Part shown: positions 20,959-32,224 of the stretch, one piece after another
Numbering within the stretch: position 1 is the first letter of the stretch
Layout: every line of letters starts with the position of its first letter
NCBI GenBank assembly: GCA_965279515.1
Contig: CBDIID010000003.1
Coordinates: 3,744,001 to 3,808,000 of the forward strand
Direction of reading: 5' to 3'
Length of the DNA: 64,000 nucleotides
From: Turneriella sp.
GTDB lineage: Bacteria; Spirochaetota; Leptospiria; Turneriellales; Turneriellaceae
The notes under the pieces: generated by a model
What the model was told of the DNA's origin: nothing
The model's input: only the letters and a program-made list of their open reading frames with translations
The model's database searches: none
Position numbers and translations under genes: made by a program

Positions 20959-22293
20959 GGTTCAATATCAGAACATCGGTAACGAAAAGTCATCACGACA
21001 TCGGTAACAGTTCTGCCTCAGGCTTTGCCGTGGTTTCCTCCTGATTTGGTGTAAACAAATAATTGTTCCGATCGATGTAGCCCAATAGCAGGCTACCGAA
21101 GTAGACGTCGATGCGCATGTCGGCGATAAACCGGAGCCCGATCGGGTAGCCGTTAAAAGAATTGCCGATAAATATCCGGTGCTGCTTGTAGTTGGTGTAA
21201 CCGCGGTCATTTACGATGCGTACGATGCAATCCTCAGGGTAGGCGGGTAGTACGTCGCCAGTATACGGAATTTCAGATGGTAGGTAGAACTCTGATGGCG
21301 TCCTCATGCCCAGGGCTTCATGCGGTCGCACATTGTTGAAGTCTTCGCGCCACTGATCAAACGAAATCTGGTGAAGCTTTAGATCACCGCGAATGCGCCC
21401 CTGCAGTTCCGTGCGGATGTCTCTGTGCATACGCTCATGGCCACCATTCTGGGCTGGCTTTCCCGGATCAATGCGGTCCAGAGAAATTCCCAAGGACAGC
21501 CACCAGACTGACAATTTTGTCAGGCCAAAGAGTCCCCACGATGATGCGAAAGGAGTTCCGTTGTCAGAGCGAATAATTTCCGGCAGACCATAGCGTTTGA
21601 AGAGTCTGGCAAAGTGTTGTTTTACATTGGAAATATTGCCCTTTTCCAGTATCTGTATCGACAGGATGTACTTACTGTACTCATCGCGAACTGTCAGAGG
21701 TTCGCATTTCTCTGCATGTGCAGTATACCACCACCCCTTGAAATCAACCGTCCATATGTGATTGGGATGCGTCGCCTTTTCGCGAAGCATCAGCCTCTCT
21801 CCGGTTCTGCGGCGCTTCTTTCCTCTTGGCCTTGTCAGACCAGAGCGCGCCAGAAGGCGATCGACTGTAGGCACTGAAATATCGCCTTTGCGCTCGGGGT
21901 AAAGCCTGCAGAAGACCGCATAGATCTTCTTGGCTCCCCAGCGAGGCCTGTTATTCTTTATGCGAATAATGTCGCAGATTGTTTCTTCGTCAGTGCGGTT
22001 CGGATTGCCTCCTGGTTTTCGTGACAACTCCGCCAATCCAGCTAAGCCTTTTTCCAGAAACCTTGCCTTCCACTTGTACCCTGTCTTGGTGCTGATACCA
22101 AACTCGCGGCACAGCTCTGTGAAACTCTCTACGCCCTCCAGGGCGCGAAAGACAAAAGATCTTTTCTCTTCCATTTTGGTAACCTCTTTCCACGGCATTT
22201 GAGCCCCCTGCCGAAGGCAGGCAAAAGCTCTTTGCGAAGCAAAGTGTTACCGATGTCTTGATAGAAATGTGTTACCTATGTCGTGATAGTACC
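20959..22293 (-). mobile_element. IS481-like insertion sequence, copy 2 (1335 bp)
   Basis: Near-identical to 4939-6273; CGCA target duplication (20955-20958 / 22294-22297). Confidence 0.9.
20993..22198 (-). CDS. IS481-family DDE transposase
   Basis: Protein identical to 4973-6178. Confidence 0.92.
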   Translation of the reverse strand: MPWKEVTKMEEKRSFVFRALEGVESFTELCREFGISTKTGYKWKARFLEKGLAGLAELSRKPGGNPNRTDEETICDIIRIKNNRPRWGAKKIYAVFCRLYPERKGDISVPTVDRLLARSGLTRPRGKKRRRTGERLMLREKATHPNHIWTVDFKGWWYTAHAEKCEPLTVRDEYSKYILSIQILEKGNISNVKQHFARLFKRYGLPEIIRSDNGTPFASSWGLFGLTKLSVWWLSLGISLDRIDPGKPAQNGGHERMHRDIRTELQGRIRGDLKLHQISFDQWREDFNNVRPHEALGMRTPSEFYLPSEIPYTGDVLPAYPEDCIVRIVNDRGYTNYKQHRIFIGNSFNGYPIGLRFIADMRIDVYFGSLLLGYIDRNNYLFTPNQEETTAKPEAELLPMS

Positions 22294-22309
22294 CGCAATT
22301 ATCTCAGAC

Positions 22310-22516
22310 AACGCGGAATTTACCTGACGTTTGGTGACACATGTGTCATTATTTTAATCAGGAAAGCCGTCTTGTGTCACCAAATGTGCCCGGAGCGCCT
22401 CGCGGCAAAGCACAAAACAAGCGTCCCGCTTGTGCTTTGTCCGCGATCTCCGGCGCGTAGGGCCGAGCACGCGAGGAGCCACGGCACCGCAGCGAGCGCA
22501 GCAGGTAAATTTTGTT
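22310..22516 (-). repeat. attC-like site 22
   Basis: Family consensus ends. Confidence 0.9.
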
Positions 22517-22637
22517 GTCTGAAGTAATTGCGCCTGAGAGCACGGGCATGGAGGCCCGTGCGACAAAGATTAAATTGTCATAACAGCGGAATCTCTACTT
22601 TTCGCGGACAAAGATTTTGCAGGAAATTAGAGGTATT

Positions 22638-25600
22638 CTACGCTTTGGGACTATCTAACGTTACCTTGCAGAGAACAGCAAGCTGAGATACTAATTCAAC
22701 GTTTTCTTCATTTCCTTGCACTTTTGTCAGGAGTGACTGTAGGGGCTTCCTGATTACATCAGGAAAATGCTCCTGAGGCTTGAAAGCGTTATTCGCATCA
22801 GGTGAGAGTAAAAAAATCATCCATTTAATGTGTTCGAAGTCTTCCTTTTTAATGAAATCTTCGATGGCTTCCTGTATGGTTTTTACTTCTTTGAAAAGCT
22901 CCTCTTTGACAAAATAATTCTTATTGATATCAAGAAATGCCGCTGGAACTCTAAATGCGTTATCGCGCAATATATTTGTCATACTGGATGCGTAATGTTT
23001 CTGGAAACTGGAGCCCATGGCGTCTATAATTCCTGTCCAATTACTTTCCGTCCATTTGCCCCACTTGGGAGCTTTGAATACTCCCTGCATGTATTTCGTA
23101 ATTGCATCAAGATAGTTATTTTCAAGGCAAAAATCTGGTTTTTTCTTTTTTACGAGCGTAGGAATGGCGCGCAGATATGACTCTTCCTCAAAAGTCTTAA
23201 GCCATTCGGCTTGAGTAATATTACTCAAATCTCTGGCTATCTTTGCTAGTAGTGTTGGGTTGTTTGTTTGATGTGCTACGTAGTAGAATACCCCAGGAAA
23301 GGCTGAACATGTTCGCGTTTCTATTAGAGCTTGATTTTCTAAGTCACCAAACTCTATGAGTAATGATGCAACTTTCTCGCGCAGATTTTGTGTTGTGACG
23401 GAAAGATAAGACTGGTAACGATCAAATGCATTGTCGATCCGGAAGATTTCTGCTGTTTCCAATTCATTTAGCACCGCTTCGATAATTACGCCAGCCTTTT
23501 TACAAGCCGTTTCGCTTGCTATGTCCCATGGGAGGGACCAGAGTTGGTATCTCTTAATTTCCAAGAGGAGTTTAGTCGTTTCTGTATCATCTTGACTCGA
23601 CCAAATCCCCTTAATATCAGATAATCCCTGGGAACTGAGAGGGAAGTTGCCGGCAGGGTCAGAAATTTGAGTCGTTTGAATTTTCGACTTGAAAACGAAA
23701 GCATAGAAAATCGCGCCATGAACGAGGTCCGCTGCCTTCCGTTGAGTCAGAAGATTATAATAGGCCGGATTTTTCGCAATGGCAATTGCGTCCTCTGAAG
23801 GGCCTTCAGGCCGAATGCACAGCTGATTAATAACCTGAAATACTTGATTCTGCTGTGCTGGATTGCTGGAATTTTGCCAAACAATATAGGACTGGCAGGC
23901 CTTCAAGATTGGTGACCAATCGGCCGCGATGCCAGATTTTTGTACATAAAAGATCACATCCAATACCGGCGGGAATGGCTGACCTTGTTTTATGGCTGCC
24001 GCAAGTTCGGTAAAAAGGGTATTTGATGGCTGGATGAGTTTCGGAAAAACAATCTCCTCTGGAGTAATATGTCTTGTCCATAACAAAAGACCAGCGAGAT
24101 TTAATTCCTGAATTCTTTGCGACTTTGGAACTTTGGATTTCGCCTGTAGTAATTGCAAGTTTTCCTGAAGGCAATCGGCCATGAACGTCAGATTGCCGCC
24201 TTGTTGCGGGTCTAAATTAAAGCGCAAAGTCCTGATCAAGTGCTCATACATTTCGACTAAGAATTTTTCCTCCTGTCCGCAGATACGCAACAGAGCCAAA
24301 TAGGACTCCCTGTTTTCACTTGATAAGGGAGTCAGAGTGACCCGATCCAGAATTAGAGAGCTCACGTTTTTGATAAAAATATTCAATGTAAATTGCTTCT
24401 GTGCTGCAAAAAGCTCTAATGGTTTCGCGGCTGCCAAGGCGTATTCTAGAGATATTTCCGTGTGCTCAAAATGATAGTTCAAGATACCATGGAATGTCGA
24501 ACCGTGAATATTGGACAGTTCTAGGAGTCTTTCTTGGTTGCTATTGTTTAAGGCATCCGAAATCTCGGGTTGAAGAAGCAATTGCTCACCTTTTGCCGGA
24601 GAAACGCCGAAAACCAAGCCGGCAAGATCCTTGAAGTAACCTTCTGACAATGCTAATTGGTGCTTGGGATTTACCAAGCGCCTTTCAACGAGGCTGGCAC
24701 GGATTTTTTGGGTATCCCAAAAATCCAATTCCCGCCAGCAGGCGTAATAAATAATACTGGAAATATGCACCTGATCGCCCCATAGAGATGCTAGAAAACC
24801 AATTTGGTTAATGACGTTTTTAATTTCTCTAGGGGTCGGCATGTCCCCAATGCTATTCCGGGTTGTTCGGATGATCTTTGTTACCAGCTCAATTTCCTCA
24901 TCACTCCAGTTAATCAGGCTGTCTTTTGCAAGTTCTTTGGTGAATTTCTCCCAACCAGAGAAAATTGGTTTTGGCACATCGAGGCGCAGTTGAAAACACT
25001 TATCGAAGAATGACTTTGAAATTTCCTGCTGAACCCTTGATTTCGATCGCTCGTTCCACTGTTTTTCTAAGCCATTTTTGTCGTAGGGAACAATGATCCA
25101 AATCTTATCAAAGAGATCTTTTCTGCGAACGGCATCGCCTCGGACTTGCAGAAATGTTTGGAGGGTGGACCAAACTTTGATAAAGTCTTCCTTATCGATT
25201 CTATCCAGATTATCTACGACAAGAACCATTTTCTTTAGTTCAGGGTTGCTCAGCACGATACTTAAAATTTGCTCGAAATATACTTCAAATTCAACCGATG
25301 ATCTCTCATCGCTCTCAGAAACCTCCTGTGAAACTTTCTGTACAGAGTCATTCTGGAGAAAGCGCCAGTTTCTCTTGTGGAATATTTTTCGTGCTTTTTT
25401 GCCAAGCACGACCTTTCCAAATACCTTAAAAATACCGCGTTGGATAACATGGAACAAGAATTTCAAGGCCAAGATAATGACTGGTCCCGATATTGTGAGC
25501 CAACCCAGAATCGTTAAAATCAGTATATTTCGATCAGAAACGTATTCGTGTTTTGAAAGATATACCATACAAGCAGTCCCGATGGGTATAAAAAACGCGG

Positions 25601-26045
25601 CTGTCGCTACAGCCTTGCCCAACATTGTTGTTCCTTGGAATGTCTTAATGCGAGCGCTTTTCTTCCGATTCCCGACTATTCGGTCCAGACGTTTTAACTG
25701 GAGGGTCTCCTTATCGGATACGTAAGGTTTTACGCTGGCGATAATCGTTTCCAAGAATATCCGTCTTAGGGGATCTCCCTCGTGAGCCCAAGCATCGAAT
25801 TGTATGACAGGGATCTTTAGATTTGCATCCTTGATTTTTTTTGATAGAATAGAAATAACTGTTGATTTTCCAGAGCCCCATGAGCCTTCTAGGCCAATAG
25901 AGATACTTGGCGATTCCGATGTAACCAGCGTAAAAAGCGCAGCGGCCAATTTTTCATGTGTTTTGTCTTCAAAGGCATCGCTTTCTACAGTCCGTTCAGG
26001 CAGAATCTTGAATCGATATTTCGAAGTGGCTGTGAGGCTTTCCAT
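22638..26045 (-). CDS. KAP family P-loop NTPase with long C-terminal extension
   Basis: IGLEGSWGSGKST, FDAWAH, two TM helices, LVVDNLDR, FFDK.F, TPREIK. Confidence 0.9.
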   Translation of the reverse strand: MESLTATSKYRFKILPERTVESDAFEDKTHEKLAAALFTLVTSESPSISIGLEGSWGSGKSTVISILSKKIKDANLKIPVIQFDAWAHEGDPLRRIFLETIIASVKPYVSDKETLQLKRLDRIVGNRKKSARIKTFQGTTMLGKAVATAAFFIPIGTACMVYLSKHEYVSDRNILILTILGWLTISGPVIILALKFLFHVIQRGIFKVFGKVVLGKKARKIFHKRNWRFLQNDSVQKVSQEVSESDERSSVEFEVYFEQILSIVLSNPELKKMVLVVDNLDRIDKEDFIKVWSTLQTFLQVRGDAVRRKDLFDKIWIIVPYDKNGLEKQWNERSKSRVQQEISKSFFDKCFQLRLDVPKPIFSGWEKFTKELAKDSLINWSDEEIELVTKIIRTTRNSIGDMPTPREIKNVINQIGFLASLWGDQVHISSIIYYACWRELDFWDTQKIRASLVERRLVNPKHQLALSEGYFKDLAGLVFGVSPAKGEQLLLQPEISDALNNSNQERLLELSNIHGSTFHGILNYHFEHTEISLEYALAAAKPLELFAAQKQFTLNIFIKNVSSLILDRVTLTPLSSENRESYLALLRICGQEEKFLVEMYEHLIRTLRFNLDPQQGGNLTFMADCLQENLQLLQAKSKVPKSQRIQELNLAGLLLWTRHITPEEIVFPKLIQPSNTLFTELAAAIKQGQPFPPVLDVIFYVQKSGIAADWSPILKACQSYIVWQNSSNPAQQNQVFQVINQLCIRPEGPSEDAIAIAKNPAYYNLLTQRKAADLVHGAIFYAFVFKSKIQTTQISDPAGNFPLSSQGLSDIKGIWSSQDDTETTKLLLEIKRYQLWSLPWDIASETACKKAGVIIEAVLNELETAEIFRIDNAFDRYQSYLSVTTQNLREKVASLLIEFGDLENQALIETRTCSAFPGVFYYVAHQTNNPTLLAKIARDLSNITQAEWLKTFEEESYLRAIPTLVKKKKPDFCLENNYLDAITKYMQGVFKAPKWGKWTESNWTGIIDAMGSSFQKHYASSMTNILRDNAFRVPAAFLDINKNYFVKEELFKEVKTIQEAIEDFIKKEDFEHIKWMIFLLSPDANNAFKPQEHFPDVIRKPLQSLLTKVQGNEENVELVSQLAVLCKVTLDSPKA

Positions 26046-26474
26046 AATGTGCTGATCTATTTCACGTTATGCTGACATTCCGTAGTTATTTTTTTTTAAT
26101 TTGGAAAGCATATAGCTTGCCCTACGCCATGTCAAATAATAGACTTATGCATAAATAAAAGCTATTGGCAAATTCGGGGACTCGCGCTTGCTTGAAGTTT
26201 GCTGATTGCGCCATTGCAGATTGGTTATTACGCGTATAAGACGCCTGGCTGTAAAGCCAGCTTAGCGCACGTTGAAGCTATTAGGACTGGTTTTTTACGC
26301 TCGTGATTTCTTAGGGCTGGCCATTTTATTAGCCTGAGAATTACATTCTGTAGACGTGCGATTAGGGACCAAGCACGCATTTTTCAGGAGCATTATCCTG
26401 CATATCCGGAGTCTCAACTTGGTCAATGCGCCGACACGAGGTCGGCGAATAACAGAGGCGCAATTATTTCAGAC

Positions 26475-26683
26475 AACGTGGATTTTACGCTGACGTTTTT
26501 TGACGCTTGTGTCATTTATTCAATCTGTAAAGCCGATTTGCGTCAAAAAATGTGGTCGTAGCGGCTCGCGGCGACGCGCGAAAACACACCTCCCGGTGTG
26601 CGCGTCGTCCGCGATCTTTGCCGCGGAGACCCGAGCACGCGAGGAGCTACGGCACCGCAGCGGCGCAGCGCGTAAAATTTGTT
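26475..26683 (-). repeat. attC-like site 23
   Basis: Family consensus ends. Confidence 0.9.
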
Positions 26684-26840
26684 CTCTGCCGTAACCGCTT
26701 CGGATAGCCCGGTCATGGATGGCCGGGCGTAAACAGGTCGATTGAGGATCGATCAATTCCATAACGCTTTAAATTAAGGTTAAAAGGATGTTTACGCTAT
26801 TTCGGTAAAGAATCCTTAGGTTACGCGGAGTTAAATTTTC

Positions 26841-27374
26841 ATGGTAAAAATTTGCATTTATTTATTTCCATTTTTGCTGCTCAACTGTACGAGTGCATAC
26901 AAACACGTAAAATCCGCCGATTCGGCAATGGTCCGGTTTATTATACCTGAAACTGAAAAGGATGTTACATCAGTCGGTGTTTATATTAACAGTGACTCAA
27001 GCTGTAGCGGCGCTACCAAGGTTCGACAGCTTGGGGGAGTTCAACTTGGGGGCATGGCTTCAAGTGATGCGGAGATTGGTATGCCAAAAGACCCGAAGCA
27101 AAAGTATTCAGGTAACAGTTATGCCGAAATTTCTGTAGTGCCTGCCCAACCACTCTATTTTACTCTGGCGGGAATGTATTTTGGAAAAAAATGCAAACTC
27201 ACAATGTTTTTTGTCCCCAAATCCAATACTAATTATGAAGTTCGCTACACAACTGAAGGGAGAAGGTGTAACATACTCATCGATGAGATTGAGCTAAAGA
27301 ACGCGCAGCTTATTTATCGAGAAGAGGTTTCTGCGAAGCGCAATCCAAAAACCTGTAGTTTCTATTGGAACTAA
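26841..27374 (+). CDS. Putative lipoprotein
   Basis: FLLLNC spirochete-type lipobox. Confidence 0.72.
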   Translation: MVKICIYLFPFLLLNCTSAYKHVKSADSAMVRFIIPETEKDVTSVGVYINSDSSCSGATKVRQLGGVQLGGMASSDAEIGMPKDPKQKYSGNSYAEISVVPAQPLYFTLAGMYFGKKCKLTMFFVPKSNTNYEVRYTTEGRRCNILIDEIELKNAQLIYREEVSAKRNPKTCSFYWN

Positions 27375-27465
27375 TTTGGGTTTTCTTGGCATAAAGTGCA
27401 ATTAAATGTCTGCGCCCACACGATGTGGGCGAGACCGAATGAGAACTATTGCGGTTATGGCAGAG

Positions 27466-27673
27466 AACGCGGAATTTACCTGACGTTTGGTGACACTTGT
27501 GTCATTAATTCAATCAGAAAAGCCGCCTTGTGTCACCAAATGTGCCCGGAGCGCCTCGCGGCAAAGCACAAAACAAGCGTCCCGCTTGTGCTTTGTCCGC
27601 GATCTTCTGGCGCGTAGGGCCGAGCACGCGAGGAGCCACGGCACCGCAGCGAGCGCAGCAGGTAAATTTTGTT
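27466..27673 (-). repeat. attC-like site 24
   Basis: Family consensus ends. Confidence 0.9.
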
Positions 27674-27838
27674 GTCTGAAGTGATTGCGCCTGTGAGCCC
27701 GGGCAAGGAAGCCCGGGCGACAAGTTTAGGAACTGTGACGTCAGAAATTAGTTGGCTTAGCGACCTATTATTTAACTTTATGATTGCCAATTTATAATTG
27801 CTTTAATACTCTAGTCAAATCGGTATCACAGGTAGGAA

Positions 27839-28558
27839 ATGAAAATTGATAATGCTGGTTTTGTGAATCGGGGACTCGTGACTTTGCGTGGCTTTCTCGA
27901 CCAAAAGAAAGTCGCGGCTGCCCGCGAATCGATTTTCGCAGAGCTGGAAAGATTGAAAATTAAAGTTAATGGAAAAATTGTGTCTTCTAAAGTACAGAAT
28001 TTACCTATCTTCCAACAAACGGTTCGGCTCGGTCAGCTGATAAGGGTTGGCGATCAGATTGGCCGTCTGTTTTCGGAGGATTTATTAAGTGTAGCAGATT
28101 CTTTGGCTGGATCAACATTGCGGGCCGCAACTGCTGAGCCACAGGTTTTGCTTTCGTTGCCTCATAAAGCAGATTGGTCACTGGCCAATTTGAACTGGCA
28201 TTTGGATTTGGCACCATTAAAAATTGATCAAATTCTAGGCATCCAGGCCTTTATCTTGATTAACGACGTGCACCCCCACGGGGGCGCGACCCTCGCTTTA
28301 GCAGGATCTCACAAGCTACATTATATATATTTCAACCACAATGCTCATGCGATTCTCAGAGAACATTCCGACTTCTATGTCAAACCGGAAAAATTTTCGC
28401 AGGCCCAAGTTGTGTGCGGAACCCATGTGCAAATCGTAGAAATGTGCGGACGAGCAGGTGACGTGTTTCTTATGGATCTACGTGTTCTACATTCACCTTC
28501 GATAAACTCGAATCGCGAAATTAGAATGATGGCGACTAATCGTTTTCTAAAATCGTAA
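27839..28558 (+). CDS. Phytanoyl-CoA dioxygenase (PhyH) family protein
   Basis: WHLD, GGATLALAGSH, AGDV...LHS.S.N...RM. Confidence 0.85.
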   Translation: MKIDNAGFVNRGLVTLRGFLDQKKVAAARESIFAELERLKIKVNGKIVSSKVQNLPIFQQTVRLGQLIRVGDQIGRLFSEDLLSVADSLAGSTLRAATAEPQVLLSLPHKADWSLANLNWHLDLAPLKIDQILGIQAFILINDVHPHGGATLALAGSHKLHYIYFNHNAHAILREHSDFYVKPEKFSQAQVVCGTHVQIVEMCGRAGDVFLMDLRVLHSPSINSNREIRMMATNRFLKS

Positions 28559-28706
28559 TGTAGAACTCTGCGGCAGGAAAATGGACTTGCGAAGGAAAAG
28601 AAGCCGCCTCTACTTCTAATACTGAGTGAACAAAGCATTAATATCAAGATATGGAATAGCGCCGACACGGAAGTCGGCGGATGACAAAGGCGCAATCATT
28701 TCAGAC

Positions 28707-28914
28707 AACGTGGAAAATACCCGAATTGCGCCCCCGCGGGTGTAAAGTGCAAATAAACACGGTTTATGCGACTTTCGTGGGAGCGCATTTGCCCGTAGCG
28801 CCTCGCGAGCCCGCCAATGCAGGCCCATTGGCCGGCGGGCGCAGCGATCTTCGGCGCGTAGGGCCGAGCACGCGAGCCAACGAAGTGCTCGCGGCGCAGC
28901 GGGTATTTTTTGTT
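28707..28914 (-). repeat. attC-like site 25
   Basis: Family consensus ends. Confidence 0.9.
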
Positions 28915-29105
28915 AGCCGCCGTTACCGGATTCGCGCGGCTGGCGAACAACCCGAAGGTCAGCTATATACTGTAGTTCGATCTTATTAGTCACCGAGGAG
29001 TTGTCGCCAGGATCAAAGGCGTAAGCAGCGAAATCTGGCTGTACTCTCTGATAACAAATCCTCTTTTTCTCCCCTTCGGGCGCGAAGGAGGTAATGGTGG
29101 CTAAC
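28912..29105. repeat. ORF-less cassette copy 5
   Basis: Near-identical to 2366-2559. Confidence 0.85.
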
Positions 29106-29311
29106 GTGGATTTTACGCTGACGTTTTTTGACGCCTGTGTCATTTATTCAATTTGTAAAGCCGATTTGCGTCAAAAAATGTGGTCGTAGCGGCTCGCGGC
29201 GACGCGCGAAAACACACCTCCCGGTGTGCGCGTCGTCCGCGATCTTTGCCGCGAAGACCCGAGCACGCGAGGAGCTACGGCACCGCAGCGGCGCAGCGCG
29301 TAAAATTTGTT
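29103..29311 (-). repeat. attC-like site 26
   Basis: Family consensus ends. Confidence 0.9.
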
Positions 29312-29322
29312 GTGTGCCGTAA

Positions 29323-30132
29323 TTATGAGCAGGGCCCGGTACCAAAATCATCCGAAGTAGATAATTCTTTTCCGTTAAGGATGAACCGCTCTGGTTCTTT
29401 GGACTCAGGCAAATCTTTACCTTCTAGATTGGACAGCATAATCTTTTGTTTCGGGTTCTTCATATCGCAACCTTGAAAAGAGTATGATTTATCCTTGTGC
29501 CGTGTAATTATACCGTATAATAACTTAATCTTGCCATCTTTTAGCCCGTCAGCCGTCACGGCATGAGTCTGATTTGATAAGTTTATGACAATCGTCTTGA
29601 GTTCGTTTGTTAGAAATGTAACTTTGCCAACCTCGATATCAATTCTTTGCTGCAAAAGCCAACTCATGTGGCTTACGGAATATCTGCCGAATTTAACATC
29701 AAAAATTCGGGATATTGGTATTACCGGAGTTTTTAGTTTGCCGTCTTCATAATAGAGAAGGGCGGCTGCATTCCAAGAGTCACCAATTATTTCTGGCCAG
29801 TCATTAATAAAGAGCACCTTATTTCCTGATTCGTTAATATACCCTTTCATTGTCTGTGTGTAAGGTTGGTGCATATTCTGCAACAATTCAGAGGCAGTGA
29901 CTTTAAGTTCTTTAATTAGGGCCTTAGTATACTGTTCCCCCTCCGAATCATGGAGGTCATAGAGCTTCTTGCCAGTTTTCTGCTCAATTAATCTCCATAG
30001 ATGCTGATTCTTATTATCTCTCACTAAGCAATGAAGCTTCGTGGTATTACAGAAATTAAATGTGTGCCGCGGTTGATCTGAAAATATCTTCCAAAACGGA
30101 ATAAGGCAGATTAGGAATAAAATAAGTCTCAT
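29323..30132 (-). CDS. Hypothetical exported protein
   Basis: ORF fills cassette; hydrophobic N-terminus MRLILFLICLIPF. Confidence 0.7.
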   Translation of the reverse strand: MRLILFLICLIPFWKIFSDQPRHTFNFCNTTKLHCLVRDNKNQHLWRLIEQKTGKKLYDLHDSEGEQYTKALIKELKVTASELLQNMHQPYTQTMKGYINESGNKVLFINDWPEIIGDSWNAAALLYYEDGKLKTPVIPISRIFDVKFGRYSVSHMSWLLQQRIDIEVGKVTFLTNELKTIVINLSNQTHAVTADGLKDGKIKLLYGIITRHKDKSYSFQGCDMKNPKQKIMLSNLEGKDLPESKEPERFILNGKELSTSDDFGTGPCS

Positions 30133-30145
30133 AATTATGGCACAC

Positions 30146-30355
30146 AACGTTGGATTTTACGCTGACGTTTTTTGACGCTTGTGTCATTTAATCAATCTGT
30201 AAAGCCGATTTGCGTCAAAAAATGTGGTCGTAGCGGCTCGCGGCGACGCGCAAAAACACACCTCCCGGTGTGCGCGTCGTCCGCGATCTTTGCCGCGAAG
30301 ACCCGAGCACGCGAGGAGCTACGGCACCGCAGCGGCGCAGCGCGTAAAATTTGTT
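30146..30355 (-). repeat. attC-like site 27
   Basis: Family consensus ends. Confidence 0.9.
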
Positions 30356-30376
30356 GGCTGAAGTTGCCAACTCGGC

Positions 30377-30928
30377 TCAGTTAGCTCCGTGCAATGCTCT
30401 TTGAGCAATCTGGTAGGCTTTTGAACGGCTTATGCCGTTTGCGAAATCTTGATACAGTTCATGATCGACTTCTTTCAATTCTATTCTCGGCCGCTGGCCA
30501 GGAACTTGAAAATGAGCCACCGTTTGAAGATTTATTGTATCTGGGTAATACGGTAATGTATTGCAAAACCAACCAAAACTCTGATAACCTGAATTATCTG
30601 CATTGAAATTATCTACATACCATTCAAAGTTGGTTTTACTTTGCGAAACCCAAACACCCCAAGTAAAAGGTATTGGATAGTCAATAATCGGGATTTCTAA
30701 AATTACACGAATAAAATAATCATCTGGTGAAATTGTGCATAAATCACTATTTAATTGTCCAAGCGAATTCTGGTCCTCTTCGGACAAAGCCGAATAGTAA
30801 GCTGGGGCAGCGTAGCTGAAACTCGGATCACCTTTGTGCTCTTTTCCGCATTCTATGCATTTGAACGTAAATGCATCGAGGCCTTTATTCTCTTCAGAGG
30901 TTTGATGCCTTTTTGAGTCTTCTTTCAT
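30377..30928 (-). CDS. DUF2199 domain protein
   Basis: FKCIECGKEH...DLC...YFIR..LEIP...FTWGVWVSQS...GQRP. Confidence 0.85.
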   Translation of the reverse strand: MKEDSKRHQTSEENKGLDAFTFKCIECGKEHKGDPSFSYAAPAYYSALSEEDQNSLGQLNSDLCTISPDDYFIRVILEIPIIDYPIPFTWGVWVSQSKTNFEWYVDNFNADNSGYQSFGWFCNTLPYYPDTINLQTVAHFQVPGQRPRIELKEVDHELYQDFANGISRSKAYQIAQRALHGAN

Positions 30929-30947
30929 GTTTTTGGCAATTTCAGCC

Positions 30948-31162
30948 AACGTGGAATTTACACGAGGTCGATGGTGCGATGCACAATAAAGGCGGGCTTA
31001 TGTAGAAAGCCGCGTATTAAGCACCATCGATCTGCCGCAGACCGCTCGTTGCGCCTGACCAAACAAACGTCCCGTTTGTCAGGCGTCAACGATCTTTGCG
31101 GTCGGAGGCCGAGCACGCGAGGAGCCACGGCACCGCAGCGAGCGCAGCGTGTAAATTTTGTT
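30948..31162 (-). repeat. attC-like site 28
   Basis: Family consensus ends. Confidence 0.9.
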
Positions 31163-31184
31163 GGCTGAAGTGACGGGTCGTGGC

Positions 31185-31775
31185 CTATTTGTGAACTTTC
31201 TTCTTAACAACAAACCCTCTGTCATCAAGAAATAGGGTGGCCATTTTGTCTTTGTAGGCAAAAAGAATGGCATTAGTTGAACGGTTGATGGTCGCCATTT
31301 TGTTCACTTCATCGCTCAGGATATGTGTCGGAAATATGACATTACCGCTCGGTTCACCGAGGCTTTTTTTAATTTGATTCAGGTGCGTCTTGCCTTCAAT
31401 GATTTTATCTGTTTCTGAAATGTCAAAATCTGTGGTTGAATCTGAAAAACTTGAAAAGAACAGAAAGCCGGTGACAAAGTTACCCACAAACTCAACCCGA
31501 AGTGACTTGAAGCCGCTGCCTGGCTTTTCATTGTCTTTGTAGAGCCATTCAAAAACATCATGCCTTATGCCATTGTAAGTACCCTGAACCTTCAACGTCG
31601 GTTCACCAAACCTGGAAATGGTTTCATTTAGTGTCGTTACGCCAATCTTGAGTTCGCGCCAATTGTCATGTTTAAAATTACGTGCGGTAGTCGCGCATGA
31701 GAAAATAGACAATGCTGAGATGGTAAGAATGATTGCCATCAAAGGAGAGCTAAAATGATTCAATTTGTGTCGCAT
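31185..31775 (-). CDS. Putative lipoprotein with two SmpA/BamE-like repeats
   Basis: IFSC lipobox; GVTT...FGEP and GKT...LGEP; start uncertain. Confidence 0.65.
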   Translation of the reverse strand: MRHKLNHFSSPLMAIILTISALSIFSCATTARNFKHDNWRELKIGVTTLNETISRFGEPTLKVQGTYNGIRHDVFEWLYKDNEKPGSGFKSLRVEFVGNFVTGFLFFSSFSDSTTDFDISETDKIIEGKTHLNQIKKSLGEPSGNVIFPTHILSDEVNKMATINRSTNAILFAYKDKMATLFLDDRGFVVKKKVHK

Positions 31776-31809
31776 AATCATTACAAATGCCTTTCCCGTC
31801 ATTTCAGCC

Positions 31810-32026
31810 AACGTGGAATTTACCTGAGGTCGATAGTGCATCGCACAATAAATACAGTCTTCATTCGGAAGCCGCGGCTTGATGCACTATCGATCTGCCG
31901 TAGGTCGCCTCGTTGCGCCCGACCAAACAAACGTCCCGTTTGTCGGGCGTCAACGACTCTTAGGCGACCGGAGGCCGAGGACGCGAGCCAACGAAGTGCT
32001 CGCGCCCGCAGCAGGTAAATTTTGTT
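31810..32026 (-). repeat. attC-like site 29
   Basis: Family consensus ends. Confidence 0.9.
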
Positions 32027-32224
32027 GTCTGAAGTAGTTGCGCTTGCAAGCCCGGGTAGGAGGCCCGGGCGATCATAACGAATCATTTTTCATGAACTTT
32101 GATGAGATTTCGAAACAGGCTTTACACTTATAGCAAATTCTAAATTTTGAAACCGCATGAGAAATAATTCCCAATATTTGGAGAATAGCGGCCCGTATTT
32201 AGCCTCTTTATTTATATCTGAAAA

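Noticed and set aside
26046..26430. Long non-coding stretch upstream of the KAP NTPase as an RNA gene
   Set aside because: No recognisable tRNA or ncRNA structure; probably promoter or captured flanking DNA.
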